Both the position numbers and the translations under genes were made by a program. A stretch of DNA of 64,000 nt from Desulfatiglandales bacterium (GTDB lineage: Bacteria > Desulfobacterota > DSM-4660 > Desulfatiglandales > Desulfatiglandaceae), in contig OY759599.1 in NCBI GenBank assembly GCA_963662465.1, positions 4,704,001 through 4,768,000 on the forward strand. The letters run 5' to 3'. Within the stretch, counting starts at the first letter, position 1. Each line of letters begins with the position of its first letter. A model generated the notes under the pieces. That model saw only the letters and a list, made by a program, of their open reading frames with translations, was not told the DNA's origin and did no database searches. Of the stretch, positions 19,357-28,637 are shown in pieces.

Positions 19357-19442
19357 CTTTTTATGCTACAGCAGCAACATGGCACAACTTTTGCTTTTAT
19401 AGATAACGCCCTATTTGAGGTATTGAAGGGACCGAATCCGTC

Positions 19443-19462
19443 CCTTTAATAACTTGTTGGAC
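19443..19462 (+). other. Putative attI site
   Basis: CCTTTAATAACTTGTTGGAC ending in a GTTRRRY core (GTTGGAC), between the intI 3' end and the first attC. Confidence 0.5.
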
Positions 19463-19535
19463 AGACCGCTACGCGGGGAGAGGGGCAAAAGCCACAATCT
19501 CCAATCGCAGAAACCGTGCCAAGAACGCAAAAAAA

Positions 19536-19667
19536 AATCAACCAGCCGTTCAAGTCGGATATTTTCTGTACCAAAATTTGCAATAAACATCATTTGCCCG
19601 TAAACACGTCATTTGCTCACGGGCAATTTTTGGTCCAGAAAATTACCGCTTAACTAAATCGTTGGCT
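19536..19667 (+). other. attC site (132 bp)
   Basis: R'' AATCAAC, 5-nt spacer, L'' GTTCAAGT; long imperfect palindrome; L' GCTTAAC, 6-nt spacer, R' GTTGGCT; extra base at L'' position 4. Confidence 0.85.
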
Positions 19668-19846
19668 GTCTCATAATTGAGAAGAAATCATGGATGACAC
19701 GTTGGAAACCCATTAACCTTGAAGAATTTTCCGGGGACCAAAGAAGAAGATATATGATGAATCAAATCTCGCATGCGTACTTATCGGGACGAGCTACCTT
19801 TCGCAATTGTTGGCGAATATCACCACACGCCACCGTCAAATGGGAC

Positions 19847-19905
19847 TTGACGAATCGATATTAAGGGTTATAATAAACCCACTAAAACTATTTTAGGGGT
19901 ATTAT
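19847..19905 (+). promoter_or_regulatory. Promoter and overlapping operator palindromes of the XRE-HipA operon
   Basis: TTGACG-N16-TATAAT; GGGTT-N6-AACCC and ACCC.CTAAAA...TTTTAG.GGGT inverted repeats. Confidence 0.65.
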
Positions 19906-20253
19906 ATGACTCGAAATACGCTTGGAAAAGATGGGTTGCCGCTATCGTTGCGACAAAAAATGGATAAGGTGGGCCTGAATATCAAACTGGCCAGAAAGCG
20001 ACGAGGTTTAACAATGCAGGACATGGCCGAACGCATGTTTGTCACACGAAAGACCCTCAACCGGCTTGAATCTGGAGATCCGGGTGTGAGTTTCGGCATC
20101 CTGGCGGCGGCGCTTTTGACGTTGGGCCTTGAAAACGATCTAAGCCATCTGGCGAAACCCGAAAACGACCTTACCGCAAACATAATTGACAAGCAAAGCT
20201 ATGATCAAAAAAAACGCATTCGACCTTCCCGTAAAGTCGATCTGGATTTTTAG
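19906..20253 (+). CDS. XRE HTH protein, HipB-like antitoxin
   Basis: IKLARKRRGLTMQDMAERMFVTRKTLNRLESG; upstream of HipA. Confidence 0.9.
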   Translation: MTRNTLGKDGLPLSLRQKMDKVGLNIKLARKRRGLTMQDMAERMFVTRKTLNRLESGDPGVSFGILAAALLTLGLENDLSHLAKPENDLTANIIDKQSYDQKKRIRPSRKVDLDF

Positions 20254-20264
20254 CGGAAAAACCC

Positions 20265-21512
20265 ATGGCAAAGCAGAATGACGCATATGTATTCATTCAT
20301 TTAAGCGGGAAGTGGGTTCCCTGCGGATACTTGACCATTCAGGAAGACAACCGAGACATCCTTTCCACGTTCCAGTACGGTAAAAAGTACCTGCAGCGCA
20401 TAGACGCCATATCCATTGACCCAGTTCAGCTTCCCCTAAGTGATGCCCTTTTCAGATCGACACCCAAAGCACCCCTTTTCGGAGGGATACGGGATACAAT
20501 GCCCGATGAATGGGGCAGGCACCTCCTTGACAGAGCAGCGGACCCCCAATCACCGGGAGAATTTGAATATCTGACCGCCCTTCCAGCCGAGGACCGAATC
20601 GGCGCCCTAGGTTTTGGCAGTTCTTTGGAGCAGGGTCCGGGCCCGATTCATCCGGGGTGGACCAATTATCCGCCCCATGGGGCGGAACTTGATCTGGACA
20701 GCATGATTAAAGCCGTGGATGAGATTACAAATGAAAAAACGATTTCACCTGAATATCGCCGGTTCCTTGTTCGGGGATCTTCCTTAGGGGGCGCACAGCC
20801 AAAAGCGCCCACAACGCATGAAGGTCGAATGTGGATGGCTAAGTTCAGCAGGCAGTATGATGCATGGAGCACATGCCGCATTGAAAATGCAAACCTACAC
20901 CTTGCCCGAATGTGCGGCATTGTTGTTCCTAAAACAAAAACCATTTCAGTGGCCGGCAGAGATGTTTTCTTGATTTTAAGATTTGACCGTGATCTCAACG
21001 AAAACAGAATCCCCTTTATTTCTGCCGCTACACTGCTGGTAACGGATCAATTAACGGAAGGAACCTATCAGGATATTGCCGTTCAGATGCGAAAATACTG
21101 CGCTTCCTCATCCATTCACGAAGATCTAAAACAGCTATTTATGCGAATGGTTTTCAACGTATTGTGCAACAACACCGATGACCATCTCAAAAATCACGGG
21201 TTTATCCATATTTCAGGCCAAGGTTGGCGGCTTTCGCCCGCCTACGATATTGTTCCACAACCGGACATGGGGTCTGAAGAGCCTCGGAGGTTAACCCTCG
21301 GTGTAGGAATGAACGGCAGCCGGGAGGCGACCCTGCAAAACGCCTTATCTTCCTGCGGTGTTTTTGGTTTGCCAGAGGAAGACGGTGAAAAGATCATAGA
21401 TCAAATGAAAACGAAGTTTCTGTCCCAGTGGGAAGAGGTATATTCGGAATATCATGTCCCTCCAGAAAACTTTCCGGGACTGGCCAAAGCGTTTGTCAAT
21501 CATCTGCGGTAA
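20265..21512 (+). CDS. hipA: HipA-family kinase toxin
   Basis: PDEWG, SLGGAQPK, AKF, NTDDHLKNH, LSPAYD. Confidence 0.93.
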   Translation: MAKQNDAYVFIHLSGKWVPCGYLTIQEDNRDILSTFQYGKKYLQRIDAISIDPVQLPLSDALFRSTPKAPLFGGIRDTMPDEWGRHLLDRAADPQSPGEFEYLTALPAEDRIGALGFGSSLEQGPGPIHPGWTNYPPHGAELDLDSMIKAVDEITNEKTISPEYRRFLVRGSSLGGAQPKAPTTHEGRMWMAKFSRQYDAWSTCRIENANLHLARMCGIVVPKTKTISVAGRDVFLILRFDRDLNENRIPFISAATLLVTDQLTEGTYQDIAVQMRKYCASSSIHEDLKQLFMRMVFNVLCNNTDDHLKNHGFIHISGQGWRLSPAYDIVPQPDMGSEEPRRLTLGVGMNGSREATLQNALSSCGVFGLPEEDGEKIIDQMKTKFLSQWEEVYSEYHVPPENFPGLAKAFVNHLR

Positions 21513-21627
21513 TGTAATGACAGCATTGCACAACTGTTCAGAATATAGAAATGTAGGAGATCTGAACGAAAAAATTAAAAACATATTGAAATCATTAACA
21601 AACAAAGAACCGCAAAGTTAATTACTG

Positions 21628-21699
21628 CCCCGACATCACAATGCCCCTGATCAGCTGCAGCCTGCGGCTTCCGCTGCCAGGTGATTGTGGGTGTTATGA
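21628..21699 (+). other. Degenerate attC site (72 bp)
   Basis: R'' CCCCGAC (AAC>GAC), spacer ATCAC, L'' AATGCCCC ... L' GGTGATT, 6-nt spacer, R' GTTATGA. Confidence 0.7.
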
Positions 21700-22133
21700 A
21701 TATACAATTTCTAGAAGTAGATGCAAATTCGCGGGAATCCCAACAAGGGAAACCTTACCGAGGGCTTGATTGGACAGCGGGACTTTTCGAGGCTTGTGTT
21801 TCCACTGCTCTTTCTTATGAATATGAAGAGGTGCTTTCCCGCAAACTCTCGAATATTCGCTGGCAGAAAATGAAACCTGTGTTGGGAACACTGCTTGAAA
21901 GCGCAGCGTTTGCCATTATCCGATATACGTGGAGACCGTCATCTCCAGATCCGGGAGATGAGCATTTGATTGACGCTGCTATGAATTCAGGGGCGATAGT
22001 TGTGACATCCAATATCCGTGACTTTAAAGAAGCTGAAAGATCTTTGGGGTTGGCGATTATGAATCCTGTCGAGTTTGTAGTTTATCTGGCTGCGGAAATT
22101 AATAGAAATGAGGTGCAACATGTCGCAGATTGA
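21696..22133 (+). pseudogene. PIN-domain toxin lacking its native N-terminus
   Basis: YEYEEVL...WRPSSPDPGDEHLIDAAM...VVTSNIRDF present; N-terminal DTN motif absent. Confidence 0.7.
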
Positions 22134-22452
22134 AATAAGTGTGCCGGAGACCCTGCTGTATCAGATGGAGATCACAGCCCGTAAGGAAGGAGTATCCGTT
22201 GAAGAGTATATTCTGTTCGCGCTGACACGCCAGACAATGCTGACTTCTGCAATTAAACGTGTGCCGGAAGAAAACCTCGTTTATCAAAATAAAGATTTTG
22301 CCGATCAGTTAAAAAGATTGGGAACGGCGTCTTCCAAAGAAATGGAAAAGATATTGAGGGAACGTGAAACTGTCAGTGCGGAACCTGTGTTGGAAAAGAA
22401 AACTGTATCACATCTGAAAAACCTTATCGCTGAAGCAAAGATGTCGTCCTGA
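22120..22452 (+). CDS. Ribbon-helix-helix/HicB-like antitoxin
   Basis: ISVPETLLYQMEITARKEGVSVEEYILFALTRQ; overlaps the PIN gene; GAGGTG RBS. Confidence 0.75.
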   Translation: MSQIEISVPETLLYQMEITARKEGVSVEEYILFALTRQTMLTSAIKRVPEENLVYQNKDFADQLKRLGTASSKEMEKILRERETVSAEPVLEKKTVSHLKNLIAEAKMSS

Positions 22453-22881
22453 ATCAAATTATCGGGAGGATCCCTTTGACACATACAATCCGAAAAATCT
22501 TCATCCGCGTGGACATGGGGTACGCCATGCGTGACTATGTGCCGGCCGGGTCCCTGTTCCGAGGGCTCAAGTATGCCGGACGCCGGTTTCGGGAGCTTTC
22601 CGGGAGCGATAACGCACTGGCCCGCACCATGCGCGGAGATTTCGGCGGGGTGGAAGGCCCCCCCCTGTTTTTACCGGAGACATGAACAGGGCTGACGGTG
22701 CGGTGGTGCTGGAAATGTTTTCCAAGGCGCTGCGATCGCGCCTGCCCTGATGGGATATAAACCACCCAAATAAGACAAGTGGTTTATGAGCCTGAATCGT
22801 GCCATCAATGCATTTCGGGTTGACACCGCCCCGGTTTGCGCTAATATCAGACATAAAATACGGGTATTGATCGTGAAAGAC

Positions 22882-23580
22882 ATGAAAAAGCAAAAGATTC
22901 TTTTCCAATCCCTGCATCTGCTCTGGATCATTCTGATTTTCATAGCGGTTCAGGGGCCGTCCGTATGGGGCGTTTCAAATGCAGCCGAAATGATGGAGGA
23001 ACCCATGTCAAAAAAGGGAGATCTAACCGAAGTGCAAGGGGAATATCTGCTCTCAGAAGCCAGAAAGACAATTCAAACGCACTTTTCCGGCAAAACAGCC
23101 GGCCCCCGGGAGACGAAAGACTTGCCGGCAATTTTCAATGAAAAAAGGGGTACATTTGTAACGCTTACCATCCGCGGAAATCTGAGGGGCTGCATCGGGC
23201 ACATCATACCCCAGGAGTCCCTCATCGAGGGAATTCGAGAAAATGCCATCAATGCGGCGTTCCGAGACCCTCGCTTCAGTCCGCTGACCGGGGATGAATG
23301 GCAAAATGTACACATTGAAATCAGCATTCTAACCGAACCAAAACCCCTGACCTATACCAATGGGAATGATCTTTTGTCCAAGCTTCGACCGGGCATTGAC
23401 GGCGTGATCCTCAAGAAAGGGTTTCATCAGTCCACCTTTCTGCCCCAGGTATGGGAACAGCTGCCGGATAAAAAGGCATTTTTGAATCACCTCTGCCTCA
23501 AAGCGGGCCTGGATGGAGACGCCTGGAAAAAAGGCGACCTCGAAGTTTCCACCTATCAGGTCCAGGCCTTTGAGGAATAA
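22882..23580 (+). CDS. amrA: AmmeMemoRadiSam system protein A (AMMECR1 domain)
   Basis: GTFVTL...LRGCIG...AAFRDPRF...TFLPQVW...LCLKAG; start either 22882 (signal-peptide-like) or 23005 (strong GGAGG RBS). Confidence 0.92.
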   Translation: MKKQKILFQSLHLLWIILIFIAVQGPSVWGVSNAAEMMEEPMSKKGDLTEVQGEYLLSEARKTIQTHFSGKTAGPRETKDLPAIFNEKRGTFVTLTIRGNLRGCIGHIIPQESLIEGIRENAINAAFRDPRFSPLTGDEWQNVHIEISILTEPKPLTYTNGNDLLSKLRPGIDGVILKKGFHQSTFLPQVWEQLPDKKAFLNHLCLKAGLDGDAWKKGDLEVSTYQVQAFEE

Positions 23581-25706
23581 TGCTGTCTCATGGAAGATTC
23601 GCCACCCGGCGTTTCCGTTCTTTAGTAGTTGCATCCATCATCGGAATCGGCATATCTTCCGTCACCACCCAGATTCTAACCATTCGAGAGTTTCTAACCC
23701 AGTTTCACGGCAATGAAATCACCATCAGCCTGGTCATCTTCTGTTGGCTGGTGCTGACGGGAACCGGAACCCTCGTCGCGAAATTTTTCAAAACCGCATC
23801 TCTCGGGGCTTACCTGGTTCTCACCCTCATCATTGCCGTCGGGCCTCTTTTTCAGATCATCGGCATCCGGATTTTCAGGGAACTTTTTTTCACCCATGGC
23901 GTTTCCCCGGGATTCTACCCCATCCTGTTCTATATCCTGATGGCCATGGCGCCCTACTGTCTTCTCACCGGCTTCATCCTCCCCTACACGCAAAAACTTT
24001 TACATGCCGCCCATATTCCTTTTGAAAGTGGAGAACTCTACATCACCGACAGTATGGGCGACATTACGGGCGGGATGCTGTTCAGCTTCCTGCTGGTGTA
24101 TTGGTTTAAACCCTTTGCCGTCATCGCCCTGACCTCCTCTCTTCTCCTCCTGACGGCGTTCTTCCTAACAGGCTTGTTTCGAAAATGGATTTTGATGGCT
24201 GTTGCCATTTGCCTGGCGGTCGTTTTTTATGGGATGGCTTTGATCCCTTCCCTGGAAACGCGCACCCTCGAAAACCAGTACGGAAATATCGCGGCATACA
24301 TTGAATCCCCCTTCGGACGGATTGTGGTCTCAAAGGAAGGCCCTCAATATACCTTCTGGGAGTCGGGGCTGCCCCTTTATTCAGATGCCAACATCATTGA
24401 GGCAGAGGAAAAGGTGCATTATCCCCTGAGCCAGTTAAACGGGGTGAAAAACCTGCTCCTGGTGTCGGGGGGCCTGGGAGAAACCCTCACGGAAATCGCC
24501 AAATACCGGCCTCATCGTGTGGATTATGTAGAGCTGGACCCGGCCCTAACCCAAACAGCCCTGGAGTTGGGGATCATCAAAACGGCCCCTTTTGTCAACA
24601 TCATCAACACCGACGCCAGACGGTACATGTCGTCCGCCGAAACGTCATATGATGCCGTCACTTTGGATCTTCCGGACCCCGATACCTTTCAGATCAACCG
24701 CTTTTTTACGGACGAATTTTTTGCCCTGGCAAAGGGTGTTCTGAACCCGAACGGCATCCTTTCCCTGAGCATGACCTATTCTCCCAATTACCTGAGCGAC
24801 CTTCGAAAGAAAAAATTATCCACCCTTTATCATACCGCGAAAAAGCATTTTAAAAACATTCTGGTTCTTCCCGGCGAGCAGGCCTGTTTTCTTTTGAGCG
24901 ACGGTCCCCTTTCCGCCCGTATCCCCGAACAACTGCGGTCGAAGGGTATTTCGACCTCCTATATCGATGGCTTTTTCCATGGCAACGCGACGGAAGAACG
25001 AATTCTAAAACTCAGGGCACAGCTGGATCAAAACAAAACCCTCAACACCGATTTTAACCCCAGGCTCATGCATCTTGTTTTCCGGGAATGGTTTACCCAA
25101 TACGGCGCCACACCGGCCTACTTCATCTGGAGCGTGGCGGGACTCCTGCTGCTCTATATGATTTCCATGAAAAAGGAGGAATATATCCTTTTTTCAACCG
25201 GTTTTTCCGCCATGGGCCTGGAAATGGCCATTATTTTTGCATTCCAGATCATTTATGGTTATATTTACATGGCCATTGGCGCCATTATCACGGTATTCCT
25301 GTTGGGTTTGTTGCCGGGGGCCATGGTCGGGAAAAAATGGAAGGCCAAAAACAGCGTCAAGATGGGACTGTCGGAGGCAGCCCTGCTGGCCCTGCTGGCG
25401 TCTTTTTTCAGTTGGTCCTGGTGGTTCAAGGTGCCGATTCACCCGTCATGGTTTTTCGCGTTCTGTTTTGTGTTCTCATTTTTCTGTGGATTTCAGTTTC
25501 CCGTGGCCGCAAACATGATCGGCGAAGCCCGGAGTCCCGCGGCCGGTTGTCTGGCCGCGGATTTGTGCGGCGCGGCCGTGGGGACCCTGGCCGTGGGGAC
25601 CCTGCTCATCCCTTTGTGGGGAATGGGGGCGGCGGTTTTGGGGTTAATGCTGGTAAAGGGTTCCAGTACCCTGCTCTGGATGGTTGGTCGGAAGGTCTGG
25701 AACTGA
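23580..25706 (+). CDS. Polytopic membrane protein with central spermidine-synthase-like domain
   Basis: Many TM helices flanking LLVSGGLG...VELDP...DARRY...YDAVTLDLPDP. Confidence 0.85.
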   Translation: MLSHGRFATRRFRSLVVASIIGIGISSVTTQILTIREFLTQFHGNEITISLVIFCWLVLTGTGTLVAKFFKTASLGAYLVLTLIIAVGPLFQIIGIRIFRELFFTHGVSPGFYPILFYILMAMAPYCLLTGFILPYTQKLLHAAHIPFESGELYITDSMGDITGGMLFSFLLVYWFKPFAVIALTSSLLLLTAFFLTGLFRKWILMAVAICLAVVFYGMALIPSLETRTLENQYGNIAAYIESPFGRIVVSKEGPQYTFWESGLPLYSDANIIEAEEKVHYPLSQLNGVKNLLLVSGGLGETLTEIAKYRPHRVDYVELDPALTQTALELGIIKTAPFVNIINTDARRYMSSAETSYDAVTLDLPDPDTFQINRFFTDEFFALAKGVLNPNGILSLSMTYSPNYLSDLRKKKLSTLYHTAKKHFKNILVLPGEQACFLLSDGPLSARIPEQLRSKGISTSYIDGFFHGNATEERILKLRAQLDQNKTLNTDFNPRLMHLVFREWFTQYGATPAYFIWSVAGLLLLYMISMKKEEYILFSTGFSAMGLEMAIIFAFQIIYGYIYMAIGAIITVFLLGLLPGAMVGKKWKAKNSVKMGLSEAALLALLASFFSWSWWFKVPIHPSWFFAFCFVFSFFCGFQFPVAANMIGEARSPAAGCLAADLCGAAVGTLAVGTLLIPLWGMGAAVLGLMLVKGSSTLLWMVGRKVWN

Positions 25707-25738
25707 AATGTCCAAAAAGGTCAACGCGGGTAATGATC

Positions 25739-26923
25739 ATGGATAAATTGATGACGCGCAAGGAATTTCTGAAATCAGCGGCCCTGGGGGCGTCAGCCCT
25801 GCTCTGTGCGGGAACGGGGTATGGTTTTTGGGGGAAGAGTCCCCATTGCACCGGCAGCATCAAAGGGAGCATCACCCGAAACGATGCACCGACGAAACCC
25901 ACCAAATGGTCCATCGAGGGTTTCTACTATGTTTCGGACGAAAAAACCGTACAGTGCCAGGTCTGTCCCAACCGGTGCATCCTGGAGCCGGGGGACCGCG
26001 GCATTTGCCGCTCCAAAGTGAATATCGGGGGAAAACTCTATTCCCTGACCTACGGCAATCCCTGCGCCGTCCATTTGGACCCCATCGAAAAAAAACCCCT
26101 GGCCCACTTTTATCCCCGCTCCAGTGCCTTTTCCATTGCCGCCACCGGCTGCAATTTCAGATGCCTGAACTGCCAAAACTGGGAAATTTCACAGAAAAAG
26201 CCGGAAGAGGTGGAACATATGACCCTCTTTCCCAAAGAGGTGGTGGCGGCGGCCCTGAAAAAAGGCGCCCTCTCCATTGCCTATACCTATTCGGAACCCA
26301 CCACTTTCTATGAATATATGTTGGATACAGCTAAAATAGCGCGTTCGGCCGGCCTCAAAAATGTACTCATCAGCAACGGCTACATCAACCGCGAACCGCT
26401 TCTGGCCCTATGCAAATACCTGGATGGGGCCAATGTGAACCTCAAATCCTTTGATAATGCCATCTATGGCTGTCTCAACGGTGGAACGCTGGAACCGGTA
26501 TTAAACACCTTCAAGACCCTTCATCAACAAGGGGTCTGGTTTGAAATGACCACCCTGGTGGTTCCCACCTACGTGGACAAACCGGAGATGATCAAGCGCA
26601 TGTGCGGATGGATTTTAAAAGAACTGGGACCGGATTATCCCCTCCATTTTTTGCGGTTTTTTCCCCAATACAAACTCAACCGCCTTCCAGCCACCCCCAT
26701 TTCGACCCTTGAGGAATTGCGACAAATCGCCATTAAAGAAGGCATCCGCTATGTATACCTGGGCAATGTGCCGGGCCATGAGGGAACACAGACCTATTGT
26801 CACCAATGCCAAAAGGTGATTGTTCAGCGAAACGGCTATTGGATTAAGGAAATTCACATGAAGGACGGCAAGTGCGCCTATTGCGGAACATCCGTGCCCG
26901 GACGGTGGGGGAAAGGCAAATAA
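25739..26923 (+). CDS. amrS: AmmeMemoRadiSam radical SAM enzyme with Tat-like leader
   Basis: CQVCPNRC, DPIEKKPL, GCNFRCLNCQNWEIS, AYTYSEP, YLGNV; N-terminus MTRKEFLK plus hydrophobic stretch. Confidence 0.93.
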   Translation: MDKLMTRKEFLKSAALGASALLCAGTGYGFWGKSPHCTGSIKGSITRNDAPTKPTKWSIEGFYYVSDEKTVQCQVCPNRCILEPGDRGICRSKVNIGGKLYSLTYGNPCAVHLDPIEKKPLAHFYPRSSAFSIAATGCNFRCLNCQNWEISQKKPEEVEHMTLFPKEVVAAALKKGALSIAYTYSEPTTFYEYMLDTAKIARSAGLKNVLISNGYINREPLLALCKYLDGANVNLKSFDNAIYGCLNGGTLEPVLNTFKTLHQQGVWFEMTTLVVPTYVDKPEMIKRMCGWILKELGPDYPLHFLRFFPQYKLNRLPATPISTLEELRQIAIKEGIRYVYLGNVPGHEGTQTYCHQCQKVIVQRNGYWIKEIHMKDGKCAYCGTSVPGRWGKGK

Positions 26924-26924
26924 G

Positions 26925-27013
26925 TGTCTTCCGATGAAAGACAATAAATCAAAAACTTGTCTCTCTAATAAAGACAAATATCCGTTGCATCTTTCGCATC
27001 AGCATGGTATTTT
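26925..27013 (+). promoter_or_regulatory. Two TGTCT-N9-AGACA palindromes plus sigma70-like promoter
   Basis: Copies at 26925-26943 and 26958-26976; TTGCAT-N17-TATTTT ends 6 nt before ATG 27020. Confidence 0.55.
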
Positions 27014-27019
27014 CCAGTC

Positions 27020-28345
27020 ATGGAATTGATTATCGAACAGCTCATCTCGGATTTTCATGAGCAGGAACTTCCTTCCTTTACACCGCGGCGGGCGACATTG
27101 CCATGGCTGCCCGGTAAGGCGGACACCATCATTGGCATGCGGAGATCGGGAAAAACCTGGTTTCTATTTCAGGTCGTCTCCGAGTTACTCTCGAAAGGTA
27201 GTCCAAAAGAAAGCATGCTGTATCTGAACCTGGAAGACGAACGACTGCTGCCCATGACCGCTTCGGATCTTCATTGGATAACAGATGTATATTACAGGAG
27301 ATATCCTCACTTTCGCGAAATGCAGTGCTGTTTTTTCTTTGATGAAATCCAGAACATATCCGGATGGGAACGCTTTGTCAGGCGGTTGCTGGATACGGAA
27401 AAGGCCCATATCTGCCTGACGGGGTCTTCAGCCAAGCTCTTAAGCCGGGAGATCGCCACCAGCTTAAGGGGCAGATCGCTTTCAACGGAAATATTCCCCT
27501 TCAGTTTTCTGGAGTTTTTAAATCATGAGGGCATTGACGTAGACTTTCGGCGACGACCCGGCGCAAAAAAACGCTCCATACTGGAAAACCGCCTGCTCGT
27601 TTATCTTCAACAGGGTGGATTTCCGGAAGTTCAAAATATTTCCGGCCCATACCGCGCACGGGTCCTTCAAGAATATCTTGATGTTGTCATTCTTCGTGAC
27701 CTTGTGGAACGGCATCGAATATCCAACATCGTTCCCCTTCGATACATGATCCGTCGCATGCTCAACAGCACCGCTTCCCTCCTGAGCATTAACAAATTGC
27801 ACAATGAAATGAAATCACAGGGAATCCCGTGCGGAAAGAACATGCTGCATGAATTTTTATCCTACCTGTCAGATGCATATCTGTTTTTTCAGGCGCCCAT
27901 GCACACCCACTCCGAACGTGCGCGAATGGTCAATCCCAAAAAGATATACGCCATTGACACAGGACTGGTTCGCGCCTGTTCGCGCCGCGCATCCCCCGAA
28001 TGGGGGCATCTTCTCGAAAACTTCGTATTTCTGGCCTTACGACGCAATCATGATCAGATTGAATACTATAAAACAGCCGATGGACATGAGGTGGATTTCC
28101 TGGTGACGACGATCGAGGGGAAAAGGCTTTTGATTCAGGCTGTTGCCGAATTCAACGACCCATCGACCCGAAAACGGGAGTTGCGGGCTATCGAGGAAGC
28201 CATGGGAGAACTCAAAATAGACCACGGCGCCATCGTAACGCTCAGCATGGAAGAAAAACTGCAAACCCCGGTCGGCTCAATTGATGTATGCCCCGCCTGG
28301 CTTTGGGGAATTTGGGGAGGCAAAAGCCCATGGGAAAACAGTTGA
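27020..28345 (+). CDS. AAA_14 ATPase with DUF4143 C-terminus
   Basis: GMRRSGKT, FFDEIQ, LTGSS, GGFPE, KKIYAIDTG, LENFV, EVDF. Confidence 0.9.
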   Translation: MELIIEQLISDFHEQELPSFTPRRATLPWLPGKADTIIGMRRSGKTWFLFQVVSELLSKGSPKESMLYLNLEDERLLPMTASDLHWITDVYYRRYPHFREMQCCFFFDEIQNISGWERFVRRLLDTEKAHICLTGSSAKLLSREIATSLRGRSLSTEIFPFSFLEFLNHEGIDVDFRRRPGAKKRSILENRLLVYLQQGGFPEVQNISGPYRARVLQEYLDVVILRDLVERHRISNIVPLRYMIRRMLNSTASLLSINKLHNEMKSQGIPCGKNMLHEFLSYLSDAYLFFQAPMHTHSERARMVNPKKIYAIDTGLVRACSRRASPEWGHLLENFVFLALRRNHDQIEYYKTADGHEVDFLVTTIEGKRLLIQAVAEFNDPSTRKRELRAIEEAMGELKIDHGAIVTLSMEEKLQTPVGSIDVCPAWLWGIWGGKSPWENS

Positions 28346-28382
28346 TAATGAATTCGGTGGTTTACCTTGCTACAGAAAAATA

Positions 28383-28616
28383 TCATTCGTTGGATGACGC
28401 TTCTTCAAAAGCGTTGCAATGATGCTGAAACATAGCCCACTGTCCCCGGCTGCCATCCCAGGGCTGGGCTCTGCATTCCCCAAGGGCATGGGGACTGTTG
28501 TGTTCGGCACGGTTTTCAAAAAAACTGAAGTGGCGACACATGCGGCAACAAATCAGGTCTTCCGGCGTATGCTCTGTTTTCGGATGGGTTTTACCGGCCA
28601 TTATTTTCTCCAACAA
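28383..28616 (-). CDS. Small Cys/His-rich hypothetical protein
   Basis: CCRMCRHF...GEC...HHCNAF; downstream of the radical SAM gene. Confidence 0.6.
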   Translation of the reverse strand: MLEKIMAGKTHPKTEHTPEDLICCRMCRHFSFFENRAEHNSPHALGECRAQPWDGSRGQWAMFQHHCNAFEEASSNE

Positions 28617-28637
28617 GAATTTTTCACACCTGTTTCT

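Noticed and set aside
19780..19815. GTTGGCG before the hip promoter as a third attC
   Set aside because: No matching R''/L'' boxes or stem upstream; at most a broken half-site
21737..21775. TCCCAAC as an attC R'' box
   Set aside because: No complementary L'/R' half follows
22476..22760. 69-aa ORF with possible frameshifted continuation
   Set aside because: Looks like a gene fragment, but I cannot assign any family
25088..25738. 611-aa ORF suggesting a long N-terminal extension of AmrS
   Set aside because: The extension is an alternative frame overlapping the membrane protein gene; recognisable AmrS sequence begins at about 25739
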